Origin: an uncultured Gammaproteobacteria bacterium
GTDB lineage: Bacteria > Patescibacteriota > Patescibacteriia > UBA1558 > GWA2-36-10
DNA: 64,000 bases
Direction: 5' to 3'
NCBI GenBank assembly: GCA_964604515.1
Contig: CAZRZA010000001.1
Location: 16,243 to 80,242, forward strand
The notes beneath the pieces were generated by a model. That model was given only the letters and a program-made list of their open reading frames with translations. It made no database searches and was not told the DNA's origin. Of this stretch, positions 8,905-18,972 are shown piece by piece. Position numbers and translations under genes: made by a program. The first letter of the stretch is position 1; each line of letters begins with the position of its first letter.

Positions 8905-11900
8905 TTAATCTACCTCTATCCAAGTATCGCTTGTATATATCTCTTCCTGATCCCACCAGTCTACAATTTTAATTTGGGGTTTATAACAAGATGTTCCTTC
9001 TTTATTTGATTTACCATCAGTACCATCACATTCAACAGCAGGGTCACCGCTATAAGTATAATTATATTGAAATACTTTATACCCCTCACTACAAGCATCA
9101 TTTGTACCACCAAAACCTTGCATATCTACACCAGTGTCTGTTGGATTATCACAAATTCCATTATCATCAGCATCAGTACACTCTAGAGAATGAGGCATTG
9201 TCCAATCAGAATTACATTTTGGTATTCTATTCTTATACTTACCAATAGTACCTGTAAAATAACCAAGGCCTTCCCAATCAACTTTTATAGCTTTTATGGG
9301 TGAAGCGTCAGGATATGCATAGTAATAGAATTTAATAGCTGCATTACCAGACTGATCATATTCTACCGTTATTCCTTCGTCTCCAAAAGTACATAAATTA
9401 CCACCACTACAATCAAGTTTATATGCTTTGGGATCATATACAGCCCCTGCATAACTATTAACAATATCACCAAGGCCGTCTGTTGAAAGATGATCGTAAG
9501 AATTACCGCTCCACTCTAAATTATATACTTGATAAAATAACTTTTTTAATTCTGTTACAATATATTCTGTCCCAAAGAAAACTGAAGAAGAATAATAAGT
9601 GTTATTAAGAACAGTACCTACTGGAACCTCAGTAATTATTGGTAAAGTATTGTCCCAATCTTGTGCTGCACCAAAATTACCATCTAATATTGTTGCGCTT
9701 CCAATCTCTGAGTATTTAAGAGCGGAAGAACCATATGATGCTGAGGAGTATGCATATGCTGACCAATTAACTATATCAGAAGTCGGATTATTTTTACTTC
9801 TCCACCAAATATCAGCTCTAACAATAGTCTTGTTATGCTCGGCAATACTGTCTACCTCTACAACTTGCCCACATTGCTGATAACAAGCATCTCCCGCACA
9901 AGTATTACCTGACAAAGAAATAGTATAACCACTTCCTGGTGTAGAGCAATCAGTTTCTGTTGTTGCTGCTAAACAGTCTTCTATTTCTGAGCTAATATCT
10001 AAGTCTGGAAAGCTCTCTGGCAATCCACTTAAGTCATATTCTGAGCAATAATCATTACTTATGGTTAAAGCCTCTATTAAGCTTACTATATCATACTCAT
10101 CTGTTCCATCGTCTTCTGTTCCGGCATTAATACTATCATAATAACCCTTATAAATAGTTTTGCTTCTCATACACTCTCTACCATAGGTTGGTCCTGAACA
10201 ATCAAGCTCATTGCACTCTTCTACTCCATCCTCTGGATTATATACATAATAATTATGATTCAATTCATTACAGTATGACTTATGACCATAAACACCCTCG
10301 TCCCAAGGACAATCCTTATGATCAGGAGTGTAACCAGGATAAGTACCATCACCACCTATACCATTTTCTAAATAAACATGTTTTGTATATACCTTGTGCT
10401 TGTTATCATCACAAGCCGGAAAACCAGACTCTTCACTTTCATCATTATGGCTACATATAATCTTATTATTATTTGTTAAACCAACTGATAAATAACTAGA
10501 ACCACTATATGTAGCATTAGGTTTTACATTTTCATCATAATAATAATATTTTAATGTCCCATCAAATAAAGCCTCAATATCACTCTCAAGACTTATGTCA
10601 CCGGTGCCAGATTCCAAATTAAAATCTTCTCTCATAAATCTACTATCACTAGCATCTCCAGGTATCAGTCTGCCACTACCTGTGGTAGGGTAAATAACTT
10701 CTTTACTAGAAACTGTATCGGTTTGATACTTTATATCTCCAATAGTATCTTTCATAAGATGCTTTAAGTAACTATTTTCAAACTCCGCAATATTAATTTT
10801 GCTACCAGCAGGAGCTACCATTAATAAATTACAATAATTATCGTTGAAATAACCACAATATATTAAATCTTCTGGTATTGTATATGCTTCACCAACTGAA
10901 CAGAAATATAAGTCTCCATCTGCATTATAATAACCAGCTTCATCATAATTATCATATAAACTATCTGTGCCACTAATGCTTTCTACCGGATACCATTGAG
11001 TGCATAAATTAGGAATACGATCATAAGAGCCACCCGCATCTGTATCTACTAATATATTAGATCCCTTAGGACTTTTATCATATTCTACACAAATACCAGG
11101 CCAATTATAATAAGTCTCAACTTTAGTTTTCTTAGAACAAGTACCAAAGCCCATCTCACCCTGACAATATACATCTTTATCTGTTGAAGTTGAACAATCT
11201 TCACCTAATAAATCAGGATCTCCTTCTGTACAAACCATATCACTAGAAGACTCTCCTTTGGCTATATATTTAGAATAATTAAGACCATAAGAAACTTTTT
11301 GATAAGTTGTTTCACAGCCACTAGGATTATCACTATTACAAATTTCAACTTGTTGATGATTTGAACTAATTTCACTGGTAGTAGGATTAATAACAGTATC
11401 TGGGAAAGGAGATTCTTCAATTGTATATCCTCTGGTACTTAAGCCATAATAAATATCATCACTATTACCTGCTTGAGGATTTAACCAACAACGCTCTTCA
11501 GAGCATTCACCATAAAAATCACCAACATTACAATCATCACCATTATTAGCAACATCAACACAAGCGGCATGTGTACCACCATTGATAACTAAACGAGGTC
11601 CATCAGTAAAATTATAAACTACCAAACCTTCAACTGGATACATATCTGGAACAGAATAACCTAAATATTCATCATCTGACCATCCTAAATAAGTACCTGC
11701 TAATCTTCCTTGATATTCTTCTTTAGTTAAAGGATCAACCTTAGTTATAATATCATCATCTAAATTAGTATAATTAGCCCATTGAGCACAACTTCTAAAA
11801 GGATCAGAGGAATCATAATTATATTCTGTACAAATACCCACTGAATCACATATATTTTTTACTTGCCCTTTATTATCTGTAACTTGAGTCAGAGACTTAC

Positions 11901-14900
11901 AAGCTAACCATTCTGAACACTTTCTATCTTTTTTAACTTTTATTAACTCATTAGAGTCACAGTCACCTACTATGGTAGGATCACAAGTACTAGGAGTCAT
12001 TGGAGTGCCAGCTGCTGTACTGCTAGCATAAGTGTCTATTGAGTCATAAATAGCTATTACTTCTGAGTGAGAAGAATTCCAATTATTAGCATTATAGAAT
12101 AACATACAACCACTATTCTGATCTACTTGACCAGTACAAGATGTTTTATCTATTTCCTCATTATCAAAATAATAATATGATTGATAATCTCCTTCTACAG
12201 TAATATCACAATTACCAGCTGTACAATCATCCATATCATTGGGATCTCTAAACTCTGTACATAAATTTTGTTCTTCCGGACAAATATTAACCCAATTATT
12301 ATTATAGTCACAGGGCTCTGGAGTATCAGTATTCAAGGTATCTATTTTCCACCAACCATCTGTCAAAGCATTATTATAGGTAATATCAGTTTCATAACGA
12401 CATAATTTATCTCCCGGATATTTAAAGTAATACATTTGTCCTTTAGAGTTTACAAAATTATCACAATATAAACCATCTTCTTCACATAGATTATCACTAT
12501 ATTGATCTGGATCATTGATACGGAAAACAGTATCATAATCAACTATAGTATCAGTAGTATCTAGTTCTGGTAATCCTAAAGCCTGACAACCCTGGTATTC
12601 TCCTGGACAATACTTATCAATATCTGGAACTAAATATTCAATACTATCTGCAGAAATAGTTAATTCTGCATTACCACTACCATATGTTTCTGCAAAAGGA
12701 CTGTCTGAATTATGAGTATTAATAACACCAGTACAACCAATAGCTTCTTCAGAACATAATTCATTAAATGATTTTAAATTATAAGCCTGCCCATTACCAT
12801 CAATATGTTCCTGACAACCAAGATAATAACCGGTATATGGTAAGTCACAAGAAGCTGGTGTAGTCCAAGAATCTTTAATCAAAGAAATATTACCAATAGT
12901 TTCTCTTAATTCTAAATTATCTATATAGATAAAATCAGCTCCATTTACTATTAATTGTAAAGACATATTATCTGCCAAAGAAGCATAATCTAATTCTGCA
13001 AAACTATCATTAGTAATTGTTAATTTATAATCTTGCCAATTAGATATTGCTATATCTTCATCAGAGTCTAAAGGAAGTTCCCCTAAGTCTATTATCTCTG
13101 CCCCTGTATCATCTAATAATTGAAGGCTAATATTATCTATAATACCTGTATTCATCATCCACCAGGATATTTCAAAGTTTTTATTTAATTGTATAGTATC
13201 TGCTATAGCTCTAGTAAAGGTACTGTTTGTGCTTAATTTTAAAGATTTACCATTATTAGATAAAGAAGCATTAGAAATATCTAAACTACCATTATTAGTA
13301 TTCCAAGAATTATAAGTACCATCTTCAAAATCATCTTTAAAGACGCTTCTTAAATTATTAGCAGAATTACCTTTATAAGCTCGACAATTGTTATGCTCTA
13401 TTGAACAACTATTACTTAAACTAGCTATGCCCTTATATAATTGTCCAGAACTATTACGACGATAATCAAGACAATTATCTGTCGCAAAAATTAATCTATT
13501 TTGTAATCTCCAATGAGTATTACCAGCTATATCAAAGAATTCACGACAATGAGGGTTATATTCTGGGTCATCATAAATATCAGCTGTATCTGCCCCACAA
13601 CTTGCTACAGTATCCGTAGTATCCTGACAAGTGTCTCCTCCAGGAGATATATTTGTACAAGGTGCTTGGTCTATATTAGATTTTAAGGCTAACCAAGTCT
13701 CTATTTGATAACCAGCGACATCAGAGCCCTCCCAAGTATAATATGTTTCTCCACTTTCTTCATAAACACATTGTCTAAGGAAAGAATAGTGTTCTGTATA
13801 TTCTCCTCCTTGACTTTGAGATCCTAAATTAGTAAATGATTCACAACCAATATATTGAGCTGGGCAAGCTATTCCTGTTTCTGGTATAAAATTATAATAC
13901 TCTACTTCATAATTACTTTCTAACTCATCAAAAGAACTTGGCATTTGAGCAAAAGAATCATAATTAAGACATTCAGCGGGACATAAATCATCTTGAGTTA
14001 TAATAGCTGGAATTAAATAACCACCATTAGAAGGAGTATAGCCCTGACAACCGACTTCTGTTGCCTGACACATTACTCTATCTTTATTTAAATTAATTTT
14101 ACCACCATCTCCATAGCTAGAATATGAAGGTGCAAAGCTATTTGCAGAAGAAACTATTTTTAATTGAATATTATCAAAATCTAAAAGACCAGTAGAAGAA
14201 TAAATATTAATACTAGCACTAGCTACATATTCATTTGTTTTAAAGTTACAATATCCTTTTTCTAAAGAAGTATTAGAAGGATTAAATTCTAATTTAATAT
14301 TATTATTACTTAAAGAACAATTACCAATGCCCTCTTCTCCTCCTGCTATACTGCTACTACTACAATCATTACTACCATCACAAGTTGCTATATCAATAAT
14401 AGCATCAGAATTAGATCCTGTTTGGGCAGCTAAAATTGCAATATTATAATTAGTATTAGGTAATAAAGTAATATTAGTATATAAGGGTGTTGTTCCTATT
14501 ATGACTTTTCCATCAAAAATACTACCCGCACCACTCCAACCAGTTGGTGTATTATTAGTCTCTCCATCAAAACTACTATTAGCTATTAAATTTGGTCCAG
14601 AGCCAGAACCAATAGCTGGTGTCATTACAATATATTCTGAACAGCCTTCATAATTATCGGGACAAGAACTAGTATTACTGTTTAAGAACAAATCATTACT
14701 TCCAATGCTTATATTACTATCTAAAACCCAGTCACCATTACTATCTTTTTCTTGAGAATAACGTAAACAACCCGCATTATTAGAGGTACAATACTCTAGA
14801 GTATCTTGAATATATGATTCTCTGCCATAACTAGCACTTTCAAAACTTAAACAGCCAGCATAATTAGGATTACAAGAATCACCTTCAAAACGCCAAATAT

Positions 14901-16647
14901 TCTCAGAACGAGTACAGTATCCATAATTAGTTTTACAATTACCCTGCTCATCTTCTTCTAAACAAGTTTTAAAGTCCGCACAATATTGAACACGACGAGA
15001 AGACAAAGAAGACTGTAATTCATTAGAATATGCCAAAGACTGACACATGGCACTAGGTTCTTTCAAAACCCAATCTTCATCTATTAAATGATAAAAAGGA
15101 TTGTGACCAGTATCATCATCACCAAAAATACAATTATAATTAGCATTGCTATTATCACTATCTTCAAAACACCCCAAAACCTCTGCTAATACCACTGGAT
15201 TGCTACCTGGACTAGCTAAAGCTGCTAATTCCCAACCAATGGGTAAGACTCCTGCTTTACGTAATTTAACTAAATTCTTATAACAAAGACCATTTTTATA
15301 ACAATCATAACTTTGATGAGTAGGATTTTCAGGAGATATCAATGGTAAATTATCATCCAGAGAGCCTTCGTCTATAAGCTGTCTAATTGTTTTCTTTTTA
15401 GTTATCAAAGAAAGAAATTCATTGTCAATAACACAATGATCTGCTTTACGAATATCTTCTTCCCCAGGACAAACAACATAATTTGTTAATAAACTATATT
15501 CTGGCATTTCTTGAAAATCAGGTGTTTTTATTTCTTTACTTATATCATAACCACGGGGTGGACGAGAAAAATCAAAACCACCTCTTAATCTGGAAACTAA
15601 ATCTTCAAAATTATCATCATCCTCATATTGATGCATGCCTAATAAACCTTTTTCTATATAAAATCTAGATAATTGACCGGCAATAGTCATAAGAAAACTC
15701 ATGCTAGCATTAGAAATAGCATTGGTTAGGGCCAAAGGAACACCTTCCCAGCTTAAGGACCTAAAATCACCTCCGGAAAAATTCTTAGCCTGTTCACTAG
15801 TTATATCACCCGAACTTTCTAATTCTTTAGCTATGGTCTCGCAACCAGTCTGCTTCTTCTCAGTAATAGGGGTTTTTTTATCTTTAAAACCTTGGCACTT
15901 AGCAAATTCCGCTTTTTTTTCTTCTAAGGTTTTATTCTTATCTTTTTTTATTTCATCTTGTAAAGATAAAAAAGTTCCTAATTCATTTTTCTTTACAGAA
16001 AACATTTTGCTAAAATATTCATTATAAGCATCCTCTTGTTCTTGTGGAGTATCATAAGCTGAAACATCTAATTTCTTTTTTGTAAAATTAACTTGTAATA
16101 TACTAGCCAATTTTTTATCTTTTAATGTTTCTCCAAATTCTTTCCAATTATTAACAACATTATTAAAATCACAATTAGGTGCTGGTGGTTTTTCGACATC
16201 TAATAATCCTAAAGTCAAAGAAAGTTTTATATCTAAAGAAGGAGAACAAAGATTAAGCTTTTCAAAACCACTATCATTTAAGCTAGAAGAAAGATCACCA
16301 ATAAAATCTCCCGCTGCAGAAGAAGCAGCATCAGCAAACAATTCAGAAGCTGTTTTTGTTTCAAATAATGGTTTACCACCCGTCTCTCCTTCTAATACTT
16401 GATTTAAAACACCGAAAGCAGCTTGTTGAGCTACATACTCTGCTGTATAATCTGTTAATTTATAAACTGTTCTTAAGGCTGCAAAATTTAAAGCATCTCC
16501 TATTTTTTCCCAAATCCATTTAGCAGAATCAACTACACCAAAAGTGGCCCATTGAGCTTTAGCTGGTTTTATATTACTAAATCCTATACCAGTTATTATA
16601 AAAAAGAATAAGGAAATACTAATTAAAATCTTTTTGGAGTTATTCAT
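8905..16647 (-). CDS. giant secreted cysteine-rich protein (2580 aa)
   Basis: Uninterrupted 7.7-kb ORF; N-terminal signal peptide (MNNSKKILISISLFFFIITGIGFSNIKPAKA/QW); >100 Cys with recurring Y-x-G-C modules (NYAGC, NYEGC, EVGCQGY, YIGCESF, YLGCQEH, YQGCQAL); no further TM segments. Confidence 0.8.
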   Translation of the reverse strand: MNNSKKILISISLFFFIITGIGFSNIKPAKAQWATFGVVDSAKWIWEKIGDALNFAALRTVYKLTDYTAEYVAQQAAFGVLNQVLEGETGGKPLFETKTASELFADAASSAAGDFIGDLSSSLNDSGFEKLNLCSPSLDIKLSLTLGLLDVEKPPAPNCDFNNVVNNWKEFGETLKDKKLASILQVNFTKKKLDVSAYDTPQEQEDAYNEYFSKMFSVKKNELGTFLSLQDEIKKDKNKTLEEKKAEFAKCQGFKDKKTPITEKKQTGCETIAKELESSGDITSEQAKNFSGGDFRSLSWEGVPLALTNAISNASMSFLMTIAGQLSRFYIEKGLLGMHQYEDDDNFEDLVSRLRGGFDFSRPPRGYDISKEIKTPDFQEMPEYSLLTNYVVCPGEEDIRKADHCVIDNEFLSLITKKKTIRQLIDEGSLDDNLPLISPENPTHQSYDCYKNGLCYKNLVKLRKAGVLPIGWELAALASPGSNPVVLAEVLGCFEDSDNSNANYNCIFGDDDTGHNPFYHLIDEDWVLKEPSAMCQSLAYSNELQSSLSSRRVQYCADFKTCLEEDEQGNCKTNYGYCTRSENIWRFEGDSCNPNYAGCLSFESASYGRESYIQDTLEYCTSNNAGCLRYSQEKDSNGDWVLDSNISIGSNDLFLNSNTSSCPDNYEGCSEYIVMTPAIGSGSGPNLIANSSFDGETNNTPTGWSGAGSIFDGKVIIGTTPLYTNITLLPNTNYNIAILAAQTGSNSDAIIDIATCDGSNDCSSSSIAGGEEGIGNCSLSNNNIKLEFNPSNTSLEKGYCNFKTNEYVASASINIYSSTGLLDFDNIQLKIVSSANSFAPSYSSYGDGGKINLNKDRVMCQATEVGCQGYTPSNGGYLIPAIITQDDLCPAECLNYDSFAQMPSSFDELESNYEVEYYNFIPETGIACPAQYIGCESFTNLGSQSQGGEYTEHYSFLRQCVYEESGETYYTWEGSDVAGYQIETWLALKSNIDQAPCTNISPGGDTCQDTTDTVASCGADTADIYDDPEYNPHCREFFDIAGNTHWRLQNRLIFATDNCLDYRRNSSGQLYKGIASLSNSCSIEHNNCRAYKGNSANNLRSVFKDDFEDGTYNSWNTNNGSLDISNASLSNNGKSLKLSTNSTFTRAIADTIQLNKNFEISWWMMNTGIIDNISLQLLDDTGAEIIDLGELPLDSDEDIAISNWQDYKLTITNDSFAELDYASLADNMSLQLIVNGADFIYIDNLELRETIGNISLIKDSWTTPASCDLPYTGYYLGCQEHIDGNGQAYNLKSFNELCSEEAIGCTGVINTHNSDSPFAETYGSGNAELTISADSIEYLVPDIDKYCPGEYQGCQALGLPELDTTDTIVDYDTVFRINDPDQYSDNLCEEDGLYCDNFVNSKGQMYYFKYPGDKLCRYETDITYNNALTDGWWKIDTLNTDTPEPCDYNNNWVNICPEEQNLCTEFRDPNDMDDCTAGNCDITVEGDYQSYYYFDNEEIDKTSCTGQVDQNSGCMLFYNANNWNSSHSEVIAIYDSIDTYASSTAAGTPMTPSTCDPTIVGDCDSNELIKVKKDRKCSEWLACKSLTQVTDNKGQVKNICDSVGICTEYNYDSSDPFRSCAQWANYTNLDDDIITKVDPLTKEEYQGRLAGTYLGWSDDEYLGYSVPDMYPVEGLVVYNFTDGPRLVINGGTHAACVDVANNGDDCNVGDFYGECSEERCWLNPQAGNSDDIYYGLSTRGYTIEESPFPDTVINPTTSEISSNHQQVEICNSDNPSGCETTYQKVSYGLNYSKYIAKGESSSDMVCTEGDPDLLGEDCSTSTDKDVYCQGEMGFGTCSKKTKVETYYNWPGICVEYDKSPKGSNILVDTDAGGSYDRIPNLCTQWYPVESISGTDSLYDNYDEAGYYNADGDLYFCSVGEAYTIPEDLIYCGYFNDNYCNLLMVAPAGSKINIAEFENSYLKHLMKDTIGDIKYQTDTVSSKEVIYPTTGSGRLIPGDASDSRFMREDFNLESGTGDISLESDIEALFDGTLKYYYYDENVKPNATYSGSSYLSVGLTNNNKIICSHNDESEESGFPACDDNKHKVYTKHVYLENGIGGDGTYPGYTPDHKDCPWDEGVYGHKSYCNELNHNYYVYNPEDGVEECNELDCSGPTYGRECMRSKTIYKGYYDSINAGTEDDGTDEYDIVSLIEALTISNDYCSEYDLSGLPESFPDLDISSEIEDCLAATTETDCSTPGSGYTISLSGNTCAGDACYQQCGQVVEVDSIAEHNKTIVRADIWWRSKNNPTSDIVNWSAYAYSSASYGSSALKYSEIGSATILDGNFGAAQDWDNTLPIITEVPVGTVLNNTYYSSSVFFGTEYIVTELKKLFYQVYNLEWSGNSYDHLSTDGLGDIVNSYAGAVYDPKAYKLDCSGGNLCTFGDEGITVEYDQSGNAAIKFYYYAYPDASPIKAIKVDWEGLGYFTGTIGKYKNRIPKCNSDWTMPHSLECTDADDNGICDNPTDTGVDMQGFGGTNDACSEGYKVFQYNYTYSGDPAVECDGTDGKSNKEGTSCYKPQIKIVDWWDQEEIYTSDTWIEVD

Positions 16648-16652
16648 ATATT

Positions 16653-17384
16653 TTATTTTTGTATTAATTTATCTCTTATTTCTAATAATTCTTCTTCAGT
16701 CAAAGAATTAATTTCTTCTACATTAGCCTGTGGTTGACTTAAAAGAAAAGATCTTATTTCTTCTGCACCCAAATCTTCAATATTAGTATTAGAATTTAAA
16801 CCACTTTCATTTATAGCTAATAATAAAGTTAGTAAATCATCATCTGTTAAAGAATTAACATCTTCTTCCGAAATATTATTATCTAATAAGAATTGTCTAA
16901 ATTCATTCAAAGTAGCTTGTAAGATAGTTAAATTAGGATCTGAAATAACATCTCCCACTACTTCTGATAATTTACTACTAGGAGTAATTAAAGATAATAA
17001 ATTACAATTTTCTCCCCGCGGACATAAAGGTTCCTGACCAGAGTTAACTTCTTCATAATCAGTATAACCATCACTATCTGTGTCTTCTAAAAAAATAGAA
17101 GTACGATATTGATATAATTCTTGATAATCTGTTAAACCATCATGATCTGTATCCTTGTCTTTTAATTCCGCAATACTTACTTGTTTATTATCTTCTAATT
17201 CTTTATCTAACTGTCTTTGTAAGGCTTCTGGTATTTCAACAAGAAAAGGATTATAAAGAGATTGTTTTAAATACTTAAAACCAAAGATAATAATAATTAT
17301 AGCTATTAAAACAAAAAAGAATATAATTTTATTATTATGAGCTTCTTTTTTATTTCCTAAAATAGAGTTATTTTTTATAGTCAT
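16653..17384 (-). CDS. membrane-anchored protein with thrombospondin-type-3-like Ca-binding repeats
   Basis: N-terminal TM anchor; DKDTDHDGLTDYQE and DTDSDGYTDYEE (D-x-D-x-D-G-x-x-D-x-x-E) repeats; 5-nt gap to giant gene. Confidence 0.6.
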   Translation of the reverse strand: MTIKNNSILGNKKEAHNNKIIFFFVLIAIIIIIFGFKYLKQSLYNPFLVEIPEALQRQLDKELEDNKQVSIAELKDKDTDHDGLTDYQELYQYRTSIFLEDTDSDGYTDYEEVNSGQEPLCPRGENCNLLSLITPSSKLSEVVGDVISDPNLTILQATLNEFRQFLLDNNISEEDVNSLTDDDLLTLLLAINESGLNSNTNIEDLGAEEIRSFLLSQPQANVEEINSLTEEELLEIRDKLIQK

Positions 17385-17452
17385 TAATTAACAATACTTT
17401 TTATTTTAATATTCATTATTATAACATAAAAAAGGATAATTAACAAAATGGT

Positions 17453-18283
17453 TTAAGATATTTTAGAATATAAATCTAACCAATTTTCTTTAGTTAAATC
17501 TTGAGCTCTAATATTCTTGTCTAAATTTAAACTGGTAAATATTTTAATCAATTTATCCTTTTTTAAATTACTGTCTATTATTAAATTATTTATTAATTTT
17601 TTTCTCTTATGTATAAAGCCTCTATGAATTAAATTCCAAACTTCATCTTCAGCTACATTATAACTCCATTGATGAATATCATAAATATGTATTAAAGCAG
17701 AGTCTACTTTAGGAATAGGATAAAAATCTTCTTTTTTTACTATAGCTACTGTCTCTACTTGAGCATAAAAAGAAATAGCTAAAGATAATAAGCTTTGTCT
17801 CTGATCTATTAAACGATCAGCCACTTCTTTTTGTACCATCAAAAACATATCAGAAGGTTGTTTTTTAAAAGACAAAAACTTATTAATAAACTTAGAGGTT
17901 AAATAATATGGTATATTGGCTACTATTTTATAATTATTTAATTTAGAATTTAATAATACTTTTCTAAATTGTTCATTAGTTAATGATAGTATATCTTGCC
18001 AAATAATTTCTAAATTATTATTATCTTTTTCTAATTTATTTAATACTTTAGAAAAATTTTTATCTATTTCTATAGCTATTACTTTCTGCTTATCTTTAAT
18101 TAATCTTTTTGTTAAAGATCCTAAACCAGGACCAACTTCCAAAATTAATTCTTCTTTGTTAATATTTGCTTCTTTAATAATAATATCTAAAATATCTTCT
18201 GAAATTAAAAAATTTTGCCCCCTAATCTTATTAGGAGACAAATTATATTTTTCTAATAATTTAAATAATTCTTCTTTAATCAT
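17453..18283 (-). CDS. rsmA: 16S rRNA (adenine1518/1519-N6)-dimethyltransferase
   Basis: GQNFL motif, VLEVGPGLGSLT SAM-binding motif. Confidence 0.9.
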   Translation of the reverse strand: MIKEELFKLLEKYNLSPNKIRGQNFLISEDILDIIIKEANINKEELILEVGPGLGSLTKRLIKDKQKVIAIEIDKNFSKVLNKLEKDNNNLEIIWQDILSLTNEQFRKVLLNSKLNNYKIVANIPYYLTSKFINKFLSFKKQPSDMFLMVQKEVADRLIDQRQSLLSLAISFYAQVETVAIVKKEDFYPIPKVDSALIHIYDIHQWSYNVAEDEVWNLIHRGFIHKRKKLINNLIIDSNLKKDKLIKIFTSLNLDKNIRAQDLTKENWLDLYSKIS

Positions 18284-18960
18284 TATTTTAATCTATCTTT
18301 TATAAAAACAATTATTCTTAATAAGAAGCCAAAACAAATAAACACAGTTATTACTAAAGTACCAGGTGGTAAATAATGAGTTAGCTCTGGATTAAGAAAG
18401 TATTTCTGCCAACCACTCATTTTACCTAAAGCTAAAATATGAAAAAGTCCAAAAAGCAATGCTGGGTAAACCAATCTTTGAATAAATTTCCATTTCTTAT
18501 AACCCAAAGCTATTAAACTCTTTTTGGTACCTGCTAAAATAATAATAGCTAGGAAAAGAATAAAAGATAAAAGGCCTGTTAAAAAAGCTAAATTAAAGCC
18601 CCAGTGACCAGAAGAAATAGCTATTATTACATGAACAATAACTAATAAGAAGCCTAAAACTCCTATTTCTTTGCGATAACCTATTTTCTTACAAAAGGAA
18701 GGTATAAAAGCTGCTAAAGGGCCAATTAGAATAGAAATAACTATTAAAGCTACTCCTGTTAGAGCAAATGCTTTGTTTATTAAGAAGTTAAGACTAATAT
18801 CATTTTCTGTAATAAAAGGTAAAAAAACATCTCTTCTAATATAATGATAATAAAGAGTAATAATAAAAATAGGTAAGGCTAATTTAAAAGCATAAATCCA
18901 ATCTTGAGTTTCATGTATTTTAAATTCTTGTTTTTCTTTAACTAGTTTTTCTTTGGTCAT
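18283..18960 (-). CDS. polytopic membrane protein, possibly ferric-reductase-like/MsrQ-like haem-binding domain
   Basis: 225 aa, ~6 TM helices with conserved His in helices (VHVIIAISSGHW, LFHILA). Confidence 0.35.
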   Translation of the reverse strand: MTKEKLVKEKQEFKIHETQDWIYAFKLALPIFIITLYYHYIRRDVFLPFITENDISLNFLINKAFALTGVALIVISILIGPLAAFIPSFCKKIGYRKEIGVLGFLLVIVHVIIAISSGHWGFNLAFLTGLLSFILFLAIIILAGTKKSLIALGYKKWKFIQRLVYPALLFGLFHILALGKMSGWQKYFLNPELTHYLPPGTLVITVFICFGFLLRIIVFIKDRLK

Positions 18961-18972
18961 AATTTTTTTTAA

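Noticed and set aside
8900-8956. Track start of VirB6-like ORF at 8956 (GTG) overlapping 52 nt of the giant gene
   Set aside because: The downstream ATG (MRINIIRNKF..., signal-peptide-like) gives a 5-nt intergenic spacer, and the upstream codons are inside the giant gene's C-terminus. The longer start is more likely an ORF-caller artefact.
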